A DNA stretch of 31,309 nt from Candidatus Methylomirabilia bacterium (GTDB lineage Bacteria > Methylomirabilota > Methylomirabilia > Rokubacteriales > CSP1-6): assembly GCA_041497895.1 (NCBI GenBank), contig JBGQHJ010000043.1:1-31309 (forward strand), in the 5' to 3' direction. Positions 1-6,963 of the stretch are shown piece by piece. Position 1 is the first letter of the stretch, and each line of letters begins with the position of its first letter. A program made the translations under genes and the position numbers. The notes below the pieces were generated by a model. It ran no database searches. It saw only the letters and a program-made list of their open reading frames with translations, and was not told the origin of the DNA.

Positions 1-1
1 A

Positions 2-184
2 GCCGTCCGCTCGCGGGAATGGAATCACCTCCTGGCCGTGCCCGCACCAGTTCACGTAGCTCTCGACGCGATACGCCTGCCAGCCCACGGGCTTGAGGTG
101 CTCGACGCGGAAGCCCAGGAACTGGCCCACCACGCAGCCACAGCGTGGGCAGGGGTAGGTCGGGCCAGGGAGCCGGGGCGGCAT
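2..184 (-). CDS. Small zinc-ribbon-like hypothetical protein; 3' end runs off the window
   Basis: Manual translation MPPRLPGPTYPCPRCGCVVGQFLGFRVEHLKPVGWQAYRVESYVNWCGHGQEVIPFPRADG; CPRC and CGH motifs; TAGAAT 8 nt before the ATG. Confidence 0.55.
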   Translation of the reverse strand, partial: MPPRLPGPTYPCPRCGCVVGQFLGFRVEHLKPVGWQAYRVESYVNWCGHGQEVIPFPRADG

Positions 185-334
185 CGCGCGGCATTCTAGC
201 CCGGGGCGGCGGCCGGTGCTACTCCGGGGGCTGCCTCGACCTGTCTTTACACCGTGCGACCGGCTTGTCCCGAAAATTCCTGCGGTCCATGTTGGGAAGG
301 ACCGACTCTGACCATTCGAGACGGAGGACACGCC

Positions 335-604
335 ATGCTGAAGACAATGCTGTCTATGGCTCTGATGACTCTCGTGGCTGGCTGTGCCAGTAGCGAGTCC
401 CTCCCTGGCGCGACGCCCACGAACTACGGCGCCAATAACTCGGGCGCCTTCGACGTGGCCGTGTATCGCCACCCGCAGACGGGGGACGTGCGGCGGTGCG
501 AGAACACCATGGGGTTCTTCTGGTGGTCGGGTGCGACCAACTATGGAGCATGCAAGAGCAAGCTGGAGGAGCAGGGCTACGTTCGAGAGGACAAGAAGTC
601 CTAA
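335..604 (+). CDS. Small lipoprotein, 89 aa, with a Cys pair and a C-terminal C-x6-QGY motif
   Basis: GGAGGA RBS before ATG 335; signal peptide with lipobox VAGC; TAATG coupling to the next gene. Confidence 0.8.
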   Translation: MLKTMLSMALMTLVAGCASSESLPGATPTNYGANNSGAFDVAVYRHPQTGDVRRCENTMGFFWWSGATNYGACKSKLEEQGYVREDKKS

Positions 605-1443
605 TGAAGGCGCTCGCGCTTTCTCTCGCGGCGGTCGCGCTGCTTACCGGCTGCGCAAGTCATGGATTCTATCAATGGCAGGGCTCCATGTTGGACGGGG
701 CTCAATTCCTGAAAAGCGAGCCTGGTACGTTCGTGACGGCACGTTGTCCGTCTGTCGTACGGGACGGTAAGTGGGTGACCTTCGCATGCACCCCCGTGAC
801 GATCCAGGCCGAACCGCCCGGCCTCGAAGCCTATTCGTATGTCTACAAAATTAAAATCCGGTCGGGGTTCGGCATTCCCTACGGGGAGGCGGCAGCTCTC
901 ACCTATGTCGTCGGCGATCGTGCCGAATGCGAGCGACAATCGTCTGCCCATAACGTGCGCACGGATGGCCGCGTCAATGAAGGAAACCTGCGACTGTCCT
1001 CCGACCCGAGTGAGCGCTGTGCGGGTCCGGTCTGGATTCGAGGCGCGTTGACAGGCCCGGCACCTCTAGGAACGGCATCCCCTCCACCGCCTGCGCCGAC
1101 ACCGGGACCGGCGCCGTCGGGCTTGCTCGATGGGATCACCGATGGCGGCGGAGCCGTGTCGGCACAGCCTACAGTGAAACCCCAGCCGACACCGCAAGTC
1201 CCAGCCCAGGCAGTACAGCCGCAGCCGGTACCGGTGGCGCCGGTAGTGCAAGTTCCAACGGTGCAGCCGGACGGTTCGCCTCTTCCGACACCCGTGGATC
1301 GGACGCGGGCTCGACTGCAAAGATGTGGGGCTAATCCGAACAGCGCACTTATCCGCGAAGACGGGTCTTGGCGCATCCCGGGCTATGGGAACGACGTTGA
1401 GCTGCGCGAGATCGTTCGATGCATGGGCGGGAGGATGAACTGA
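604..1443 (+). CDS. Lipoprotein, 279 aa, with Cys-pair modules and a Pro-rich linker
   Basis: ATG overlaps the previous stop (TAATG); lipobox LTGC; PPPPAPTPGPAP and QPxP linker. Confidence 0.8.
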   Translation: MKALALSLAAVALLTGCASHGFYQWQGSMLDGAQFLKSEPGTFVTARCPSVVRDGKWVTFACTPVTIQAEPPGLEAYSYVYKIKIRSGFGIPYGEAAALTYVVGDRAECERQSSAHNVRTDGRVNEGNLRLSSDPSERCAGPVWIRGALTGPAPLGTASPPPPAPTPGPAPSGLLDGITDGGGAVSAQPTVKPQPTPQVPAQAVQPQPVPVAPVVQVPTVQPDGSPLPTPVDRTRARLQRCGANPNSALIREDGSWRIPGYGNDVELREIVRCMGGRMN

Positions 1444-1748
1444 TTGCCCGCACAGTAACGGTCGTCCTTCTGCTCGTGCTGTACGCCGCCACGTCCGCCA
1501 CCGCCGAGGGCGCCTGGACGCTGTGGATGATGGGCGCTTCGTCGCCCTGGGATCCCGTTGGCACCTTCCCCACGCGGGAGCGGTGCGCGGAGGCGCTGCA
1601 CCAGCAAGCGCAGGCAGTCGAGAAGCTGGGACTCAAGGTGACCGAAGATGTACCAAGCGGATCGTTCGCCGGAACCGACGCCGATCGGGACATCCGTGGG
1701 CAGTGCCTCCCCGACACCGCGGACCCGCGTGGGCCGAAGGGGAAGTGA
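1419..1748 (+). CDS. Small secreted protein of the AWxLW...C...CLPDTxDPRGPK family (start uncertain: ATG 1419 or CTG 1440)
   Basis: Hydrophobic signal, AWTLW, Cys pair, C-terminal CLPDTADPRGPKGK; paralogs at 3494-3811 and 13224-13382. Confidence 0.75.
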   Translation: MHGREDELIARTVTVVLLLVLYAATSATAEGAWTLWMMGASSPWDPVGTFPTRERCAEALHQQAQAVEKLGLKVTEDVPSGSFAGTDADRDIRGQCLPDTADPRGPKGK

Positions 1749-1751
1749 GCG

Positions 1752-2237
1752 ATGCCTCCGACATGGCGTGACCAATACGACCGGATGACGCGATGGCGCC
1801 TCAGGCTCTCCGAGCCCCGCAGAGCAGACGAGAGCGAGGCAGACTACGAGGCTCGGTTTGGTGATTTTGTGCGCACCTTCTTCATCGAGTCCTACCACCT
1901 CGTCGATTGGCTGGCGAATGACCCGGCCGTGCCTCTGGGTCGAGCGGGAGTAGAGCGCTTGGCCAATGTCGATTGGCTTCGTCGGTGCAAGTCCATTTGT
2001 GACGGGTCAAAACACTTGGTGTCGAAGAAGGGGTGCGTAACCCTGGTGACGCGAGCACTTGAACTGGAGCAGGGCGGGAGACTGCTACTCGAAGATGGGC
2101 CTGGGGTGCTTCTATTGGAGGAATCTTTCGCTGACGTGGAGACGCAAGAGGGCACATGGGACGCGATCCAAGCCGCTGACTCGTGCGTATCAGAATGGGA
2201 GCGCATTCTACGGGAGGTCGGCCTGCTTCACTCCTGA
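1752..2237 (+). CDS. Hypothetical cytoplasmic protein, possibly HEPN-like
   Basis: ATG 3 nt after the previous stop; FFxxxYHLxDWL and CxxICDGSKH motifs. Confidence 0.65.
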   Translation: MPPTWRDQYDRMTRWRLRLSEPRRADESEADYEARFGDFVRTFFIESYHLVDWLANDPAVPLGRAGVERLANVDWLRRCKSICDGSKHLVSKKGCVTLVTRALELEQGGRLLLEDGPGVLLLEESFADVETQEGTWDAIQAADSCVSEWERILREVGLLHS

Positions 2238-2295
2238 GGCCGCCCCTTCGCTCTGAGGCCTCGCACGTGTAGGCCTGCTCTAGGCGCCGCCCTCC

Positions 2296-2454
2296 TCACT
2301 CAGGGGAGAACACATCTAGCAGCCCGTTGATAAGGTGATTGACTGCCGCCCAGAATTCCTCGACAAGGGATGCCGCATGCCGACCTGCGGGCATATTGCC
2401 GAGATTCGCCCGAAAGTCGTTTGGATTGGTGATGATGGGCACCGGGTAGATCAA
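2296..2454 (-). CDS. Possible 52-aa hypothetical protein
   Basis: GAGGGGGG before TTG 2454; plausible amphipathic helix; competes with + ORF 2335-2637. Confidence 0.35.
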   Translation of the reverse strand: MIYPVPIITNPNDFRANLGNMPAGRHAASLVEEFWAAVNHLINGLLDVFSPE

Positions 2455-2633
2455 CTGCCCCCCCTCGACTCGCCCGTGGCCTCCCGGCCGCGAGCCTACC
2501 ACCGCCGGCGGGCGTGCAGGGAGGGCGGGGTGTGGTTATACTGCGTGGCGAGCAGGATGCCGGCGCCGCCTGTCGGGTCTCTAGCGCCATCTTGGCCCTC
2601 GGCCGCTGGATCTGCCGACAAGCGCACGTTGCC

Positions 2634-2810
2634 CTAGCGGCTCCGACTTTCCAACTGCTGGAGTCTGCTTTCCATCTTCTGCACCACGCCTTCCAGCCGC
2701 AGCAGCCGCAGCCGGAGTAGTGACACGGCGTCGTCGTCTGCAACCGTGTCGCGAACCGCCGTCGCGGGGAGCAGCAGGAGTCCGACCAAAACAATCACTT
2801 TCAGGAACAA
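2634..2810 (-). CDS. Small secreted coiled-coil protein, 58 aa
   Basis: GAGGAGG RBS before TTG 2810; signal-like N-terminus; heptad pattern LRLRLLRLEGVVQKMESRLQQLE. Confidence 0.55.
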   Translation of the reverse strand: MFLKVIVLVGLLLLPATAVRDTVADDDAVSLLRLRLLRLEGVVQKMESRLQQLESRSR

Positions 2811-2920
2811 TGGCCTAGCCCTCCTCGTAATAGTCAAGCTGACTGTAGCAGGGGGGGATTTTATCTGGCTCGTCGGGATCGAGCCGTGATCGGGCCAACG
2901 CCAACAAAACGTAGCAACGG

Positions 2921-3294
2921 TTAAGCGGGACCGTGGCCGCGAGCCCAGGGCAGATCCACGGGCCAGTCCGATGACGCGCAAACGTGCGCGTCCACCACGT
3001 CAGCCGGGCACCCCGCCCAGCACCGGAACACCAGGCGACGATCCGACAGGATCAGGACTTGAAGCGACGGCGTCCGGTTGTCGTGCGCGGGGCACCGGCC
3101 GCGCCACTCGCCGCCGCCGCGACGATGCACTTCTCGTGGTCGAGCTTGATCCCGGACTCTCCGTCTGGGGCCATGCTTCTCACCGCGTAGCCCATCGCCA
3201 CCATGGCGTCGGCCCGCTGCCTGGCTACCCATTCTGCTTCTTGGCGCTGTAGCGCCTCGGTGACCGCCGGCTCGATCTCTTCGGGATCGCTCAT
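2921..3294 (-). pseudogene. Frameshifted gene containing a primase-type (CHC2-like) zinc-binding domain
   Basis: ATG 3294 overlaps the upstream stop (ATGA); the motif WRGRCPAHDNRTPSL...FRCWAGC is in another frame from about 3130; no TOPRIM or AEP domain follows. Confidence 0.65.
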
Positions 3295-3470
3295 GACTGC
3301 GCCAGCCGCTCGGCCAGGCGGCGCTCCCACCAGGCCTCGATCCCGAGCTTCGCCGCGGCCCGGCGCTCGGTCTCGCGCTCGGCGGTGTGCAGGGAACACG
3401 GCCAGTCAGGCAGGCAGGTGCAGATCGGCTCGGGCGCCGGCTCGTTAACGTGCTGGTAGTGCTCGGCCAT
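3291..3470 (-). CDS. 59-aa CxC-x5-C-xx-H microprotein, paralog of 4725-4994 (not in the ORF track)
   Basis: GGAGG RBS; MAEHYQHVNEPAPEPICTCLPDWPCSLHTAERETERRAAAKLGIEAWWERRLAERLAQS; ATGA coupling to the next gene. Confidence 0.75.
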   Translation of the reverse strand: MAEHYQHVNEPAPEPICTCLPDWPCSLHTAERETERRAAAKLGIEAWWERRLAERLAQS

Positions 3471-3493
3471 TAGTGGCCTCCTGGGGCGGCGCC

Positions 3494-3811
3494 CTACTCG
3501 AAGCTCGCGCGCGCCGGGTCTGCGCCCTCTGGCAGGCAGGCGAACACTTCCATCGCCGACTGCCCCTTGTGAATGATCACGTTGCGGATCGCCCGCTTGG
3601 TGGTCGCGGCCTTCAGGCAGTCGTCCCAGGTGTCGTAGCTCTTGAGCACCACGGCGCCCTCGTGGGGCGCGTTAGGGAGCATGGGGGCAGCGGCCTGCCA
3701 CAGGAGCCAGGCGCAGACCAGCGAGCGGCCCGTTAGGCGGCGCCAGAGTCGTCCTGTAGCACGTCCGGCCCGTTGCAGCAGCGCGATCTCGGTGCTCATC
3801 GTGAGGTCCAT
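3494..3811 (-). CDS. Small protein of the AWxLW...C...CLP family
   Basis: AGGGGG before ATG 3811; CAWLLW, YDTWDDC, CLPEGADP. Confidence 0.7.
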   Translation of the reverse strand: MDLTMSTEIALLQRAGRATGRLWRRLTGRSLVCAWLLWQAAAPMLPNAPHEGAVVLKSYDTWDDCLKAATTKRAIRNVIIHKGQSAMEVFACLPEGADPARASFE

Positions 3812-3827
3812 GAAGCCCCCTACTGAC

Positions 3828-4049
3828 TCACTGGTTTGTAAATGCCCACGGTGGCACCTCTCTCCCCATCTCATGCAACCCGGCACCCAGGAGCGCAAGC
3901 ACCCCGCATACCGCAATAAAGAACAAGACTAGGTACCCGAGCCCCACAATCACCCGGATCGGGCCCCACCAATCACGCTCATGGCGGTCCTTGTACTTTG
4001 CCAGCCACAGCACGGCGGCAACTGTTGCCAGCGTCAGTAAGGCGTCCAT
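3828..4049 (-). CDS. Small membrane protein with two hydrophobic segments
   Basis: LLTLATVAAVLWLA and VIVGLGYLVLFFIAVCGVLALLG; co-oriented with the operon. Confidence 0.65.
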   Translation of the reverse strand: MDALLTLATVAAVLWLAKYKDRHERDWWGPIRVIVGLGYLVLFFIAVCGVLALLGAGLHEMGREVPPWAFTNQ

Positions 4050-4083
4050 CACTCGAAGCTGCCCCGGATCACCGCGGCGGATC

Positions 4084-4728
4084 TCATACGCTGACCTGCT
4101 GTGCGCGCCCGGCGGGCGCGCTGGCTATGGCGCGGGTGGCAGCGGAAACGTGCCGCCGCAGGGTCTCCACCGCCACACCCATGGTCTTGGCCACCCCGCG
4201 CAACGATTGCCCCTGCGCAAGTAGCGTCTGAGCCTTGCGCACGTCCACCTGCACGCGGGGCGGGCCGAGGACCTTTCCCTGAGAGCGCGCCCTCGCGAGA
4301 CCGGCCATGATCCTGTCACGGATCAGATCCAACTCAAACTCGGCCACGCTGGCCAGGACGTGAAAGAGTAGCCGCCCCGAAGGAGTAGTCGTGTCGATGG
4401 CTTGGTCGAGCACCACCAGATCCACGCCGAGCGCATCGAAGTCCCGCACCATCCCCACCAGGTGGGAGACCGAGCGTGCCAGCCTGTCGAGCTTCACGCA
4501 CGCCACCACGTCCACCTTGCGGGCCTTGACCGCGGCCAGCATGGCATCGAGTTGAGGGCGCTTCTCTTTCTTGCCGCTCTGCCCGGAATCTACGAACTCC
4601 GTGACAGTCCAGCCCCGAGCGGTGGCGAAGGACCGAAGCGCTAGGAGTTGGTTGTCGGCAGTTTGGCCATGGCCTGTCGTGCTGACGCGCGCATAAATTG
4701 CCGCTCGGCGAGGTACGGTGCTCATCAC
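4084..4728 (-). CDS. Small serine recombinase (resolvase/invertase family) with a C-terminal HTH
   Basis: YARVST catalytic Ser motif, KLDRLARS, IDTTTPSGRL, C-terminal SLRGVAKTMGVAVETLRRH HTH. Confidence 0.95.
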   Translation of the reverse strand: MMSTVPRRAAIYARVSTTGHGQTADNQLLALRSFATARGWTVTEFVDSGQSGKKEKRPQLDAMLAAVKARKVDVVACVKLDRLARSVSHLVGMVRDFDALGVDLVVLDQAIDTTTPSGRLLFHVLASVAEFELDLIRDRIMAGLARARSQGKVLGPPRVQVDVRKAQTLLAQGQSLRGVAKTMGVAVETLRRHVSAATRAIASAPAGRAQQVSV

Positions 4729-4994
4729 GCCACCGCCTTCCTGGGCCCGCCACAGGCCAGCCGCCCGAGTTGGCTGGCCGCGATCACGTGCCAGCCCCCC
4801 AGGCAGAGCGCCAGGAGCACGGTGACGACCTTCGCAGCCGCCTTGGCGGCCTTTTCCTTCTCGGTGAAGTAGCGCGCCCAGAAGGCTTCGATGCCGGCCT
4901 TCGCGGCGTCCCGGCGCTCGGCCTCGCGCTCGGGGTCGTGGTAGGAGCAGGGCGGCATCCCCTCGACGCAGGTGCAGATCTCAAGCTTATCCAT
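4725..4994 (-). CDS. 89-aa CxC-x6-C-xx-H protein with a hydrophobic C-terminal segment
   Basis: [10 protein letters not shown]; stop overlaps the recombinase start (GTGATG); paralog at 3291-3470. Confidence 0.75.
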   Translation of the reverse strand: MDKLEICTCVEGMPPCSYHDPEREAERRDAAKAGIEAFWARYFTEKEKAAKAAAKVVTVLLALCLGGWHVIAASQLGRLACGGPRKAVA

Positions 4995-5012
4995 GGTGAA
5001 CCCCCTTGGGCG

Positions 5013-5034
5013 GTTTGGTCGGGCGTTTGGTCGG
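5013..5034. repeat. Direct repeat GTTTGGTCGG x2, 12-bp period
   Basis: Exact copies at 5013-5022 and 5025-5034, just upstream of the element's minus-strand operon. Confidence 0.8.
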
Positions 5035-5039
5035 TTTAC

Positions 5040-5161
5040 AACCGCAAGCCCACCCGTGCCGCGGTTAGATCGGGACCAAGCATTAACGCTATCTGGCCTT
5101 CCATAGCCGCTATGGTCCTGTTGAGTGGGGGTAGGATGGCCCCCTACTCGTGTGTCACACT
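5040..5161. promoter_or_regulatory. Cluster of dyads at the element end; candidate att/res-like site
   Basis: AACCGC/GCGGTT (5040-5066), CCATAG-ccg-CTATGG (5101-5115), GAGTGGGGG/CCCCCTACTC (5123-5149), GTGTG-T-CACAC (5150-5160). Confidence 0.45.
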
Positions 5162-5524
5162 CTCTGGGGCAACATGACCATGAACCCCATGTCCGCGCTG
5201 ACCGGAGCGACCTGCGACCGGCTGCTCGACGATCCGCTGCTCGACCGCTTCACGCTCGCGATCATGGCGGAAGCGGCGCGCATCGGCGAGAAGATCGGCT
5301 GTCCCATCCGGCAGAGCGGGGAGGCGCGCAACGCGGTCACGCGGAAGCTCGGCGCCTTCAAGACCTCCATGCTCCAAGACGTGGAGGCGGGCCGGCCGCT
5401 CGAGATCGACGCGCTCCTGACCGCGGTGAGCGAGATCGGCGGGCGGGTCGGCGTGCCCACGCCCAGCACCGACGCGCTGCTGGGCCTCACCCGCGTCTTC
5501 GCGGCCGGCCGCGGGCTCTACTAG
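5162..5524 (+). pseudogene. panE: 3' fragment of a 2-dehydropantoate 2-reductase (ApbA/PanE family, C-terminal domain)
   Basis: LWGNMTMNPMSALT and KTSMLQDVEAGRPLEIDAL motifs; the Rossmann domain and the conserved Lys before LWGN are absent. Confidence 0.85.
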
Positions 5525-5537
5525 AGCGGACGCGACG

Positions 5538-6656
5538 GTGGCGACGTCCCGCCCACCCTTCCGCGCCGATCACGTGGGCAGCCTGCTGCGCCCGGCCGCG
5601 CTGAAGGCGCTGCGCCTCCAGAAGGAGGCGGGCCGCGCCGGCGCCCCCGCGCTGACTTCCGCCGAGGACGCGGCCATCCGCGACGCGGTCCGGCTGCAGG
5701 AGGAGGTCGGTCTCCAGGGCATCACGGACGGGGAGATGCGGCGGAAGTCCTGGCACATGGATTTCCTCACTCGCCTCGGGGGTCTGACGAGCGAGGGCAG
5801 GGCGCTGCCCGTGACCTTCCACGGCCGCGCGGGCGACGTGAACTTCACCCGCCCGGATCTGCAGATCACCGCGCGCGTCACCCGGCCCGCGCCGATCTTC
5901 GTGGACGCGTTCAGGTTCCTCCAGTCGGTCACCACGCGTACGCCCAAGCTCACGATCCCGTCGCCCTGCATGCTCTACTCCCAGGTGGGGCACGCCAATA
6001 TCAGCCGCGCGGTCTACCCGGACCTCGACGGCTTCGTGGAGGACACCGCCGCCGCCTACCGCGCCGAGATCGCCGATCTCTACTCGGCCGGCTGCCGCTA
6101 CCTCCAGCTCGACGACGTGAGCCTCGCCTACCTCTGTGACGAGGGCATGCGCGCGGAAGGGCGGGCGCGTGGAGAGGATCCCGACGCGGTGCTCGCCCTC
6201 TCGGTGAAGCTGATCCAGGCCACGCTGAGAGACCGCCCGAAGGACCTGTTCGTGTGCACCCACCTCTGCCGGGGGAATTTCCGCTCGGGCTGGCGCGCCC
6301 AGGGCGGCTACGAGACGGTAGCGGAGGCCATCTTCAACCGGATGCCGTACGACGGCTTTTTCCTCGAGTTCGACGACGCCCGCTCCGGCGACTTCTCGCC
6401 GCTGCGCCACGCGCCCCGGCACGTGCGGGTGGTCCTGGGGCTCGTCACCAGCAAGGTCGGCACGCTGGAGAAGAAGGACGACCTCACGCGACGGCTCGAC
6501 GAGGCGTCGCGGTACCTGCCGCTCGAGCAGCTCTGCGTCAGCCCGCAGTGCGGGTTCTCCTCGACGCTCGAGGGTAACGAGGTGGCAGTGGAGCACCAGA
6601 AGGCCAAGCTCGTGCTCTGCGCTGAGCTGGCCCGCGAGGTGTGGGGCGGGCTGTAG
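5538..6656 (+). CDS. Cobalamin-independent methionine synthase II family protein (catalytic domain only, YxjH-like)
   Basis: RADHVGSLLRP, ITDGE, YLQLDD, HLCRGN and SPQCGF Zn-ligand motifs. Confidence 0.9.
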   Translation: MATSRPPFRADHVGSLLRPAALKALRLQKEAGRAGAPALTSAEDAAIRDAVRLQEEVGLQGITDGEMRRKSWHMDFLTRLGGLTSEGRALPVTFHGRAGDVNFTRPDLQITARVTRPAPIFVDAFRFLQSVTTRTPKLTIPSPCMLYSQVGHANISRAVYPDLDGFVEDTAAAYRAEIADLYSAGCRYLQLDDVSLAYLCDEGMRAEGRARGEDPDAVLALSVKLIQATLRDRPKDLFVCTHLCRGNFRSGWRAQGGYETVAEAIFNRMPYDGFFLEFDDARSGDFSPLRHAPRHVRVVLGLVTSKVGTLEKKDDLTRRLDEASRYLPLEQLCVSPQCGFSSTLEGNEVAVEHQKAKLVLCAELAREVWGGL

Positions 6657-6659
6657 CCC

Positions 6660-6690
6660 GGAGCGGGCCGGGTGCTCCCCGGCCCGCTCC
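6660..6690. terminator. 13-bp perfect hairpin between convergent genes
   Basis: GGAGCGGGCCGGG-tgctc-CCCGGCCCGCTCC, 3 nt after the stop; no U-tract. Confidence 0.6.
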
Positions 6691-6963
6691 TCACGCCCAG
6701 CGCTGGTCGCCGCTCAGGCGGCCGCCCGCGGCGGCAGCTCGGGCCGGTTGGCCACCACCAGCCGATGCGGGCGGCGCCCCCGCCGGCGCCGCCGCGCCCC
6801 ATCCCCCGCCCGCTGCGCCTGGCACGGCGCCGGGGTCCGGTACCAGGTCGGAACGAGGGCGCCGATGGCGAATCCGATTGCCCCCGCGACCGGGACCAGC
6901 TGCGACAGGATGTCCAGCCCGGTCTCGAAGCCCGGGCAGATCTCCGGTCGACGGGGCGATGTT

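Larger units (their letters stand above)
1..5161. mobile_element. Integrated element, right part only (left end outside the window), with a small serine recombinase; inserted in a ketopantoate reductase gene
   Basis: Abrupt junction into a headless panE-like reading frame at 5162; recombinase about 430 bp from the junction; small hypothetical genes; lower GC in sampled lines (661-720: 31/60 G+C; 5641-5700: 48/60). Confidence 0.75.

Noticed and set aside
2335..2637. Plus-strand Cys-rich ORF (100 aa)
   Set aside because: No convincing motif; overlaps a minus-strand ORF that fits the operon direction better
3815..5148. 10-bp match GCCCCCTACT at about 3815 and 5139
   Set aside because: Short, and one copy is an RBS region; likely chance
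5150..5160. TGT/ACA-like end suggesting a Tn7, Mu or Tn5053 terminus
   Set aside because: The inferred junction is a few bases off the CA, no repeated transposase-binding sites are recognisable, and there is no DDE transposase in the window
5150..5161. GTG 5150 as a start that would restore panE
   Set aside because: The product would lack the NADPH-binding domain and the conserved Lys; treated as a junction artefact
6714..6915. Minus-strand frame LDILSQLVPVAGAIGFAIGALVPTWY...RRPHRLVVANRPELPPRAAA resembling a small membrane protein
   Set aside because: No canonical start codon or RBS found; cannot be supported
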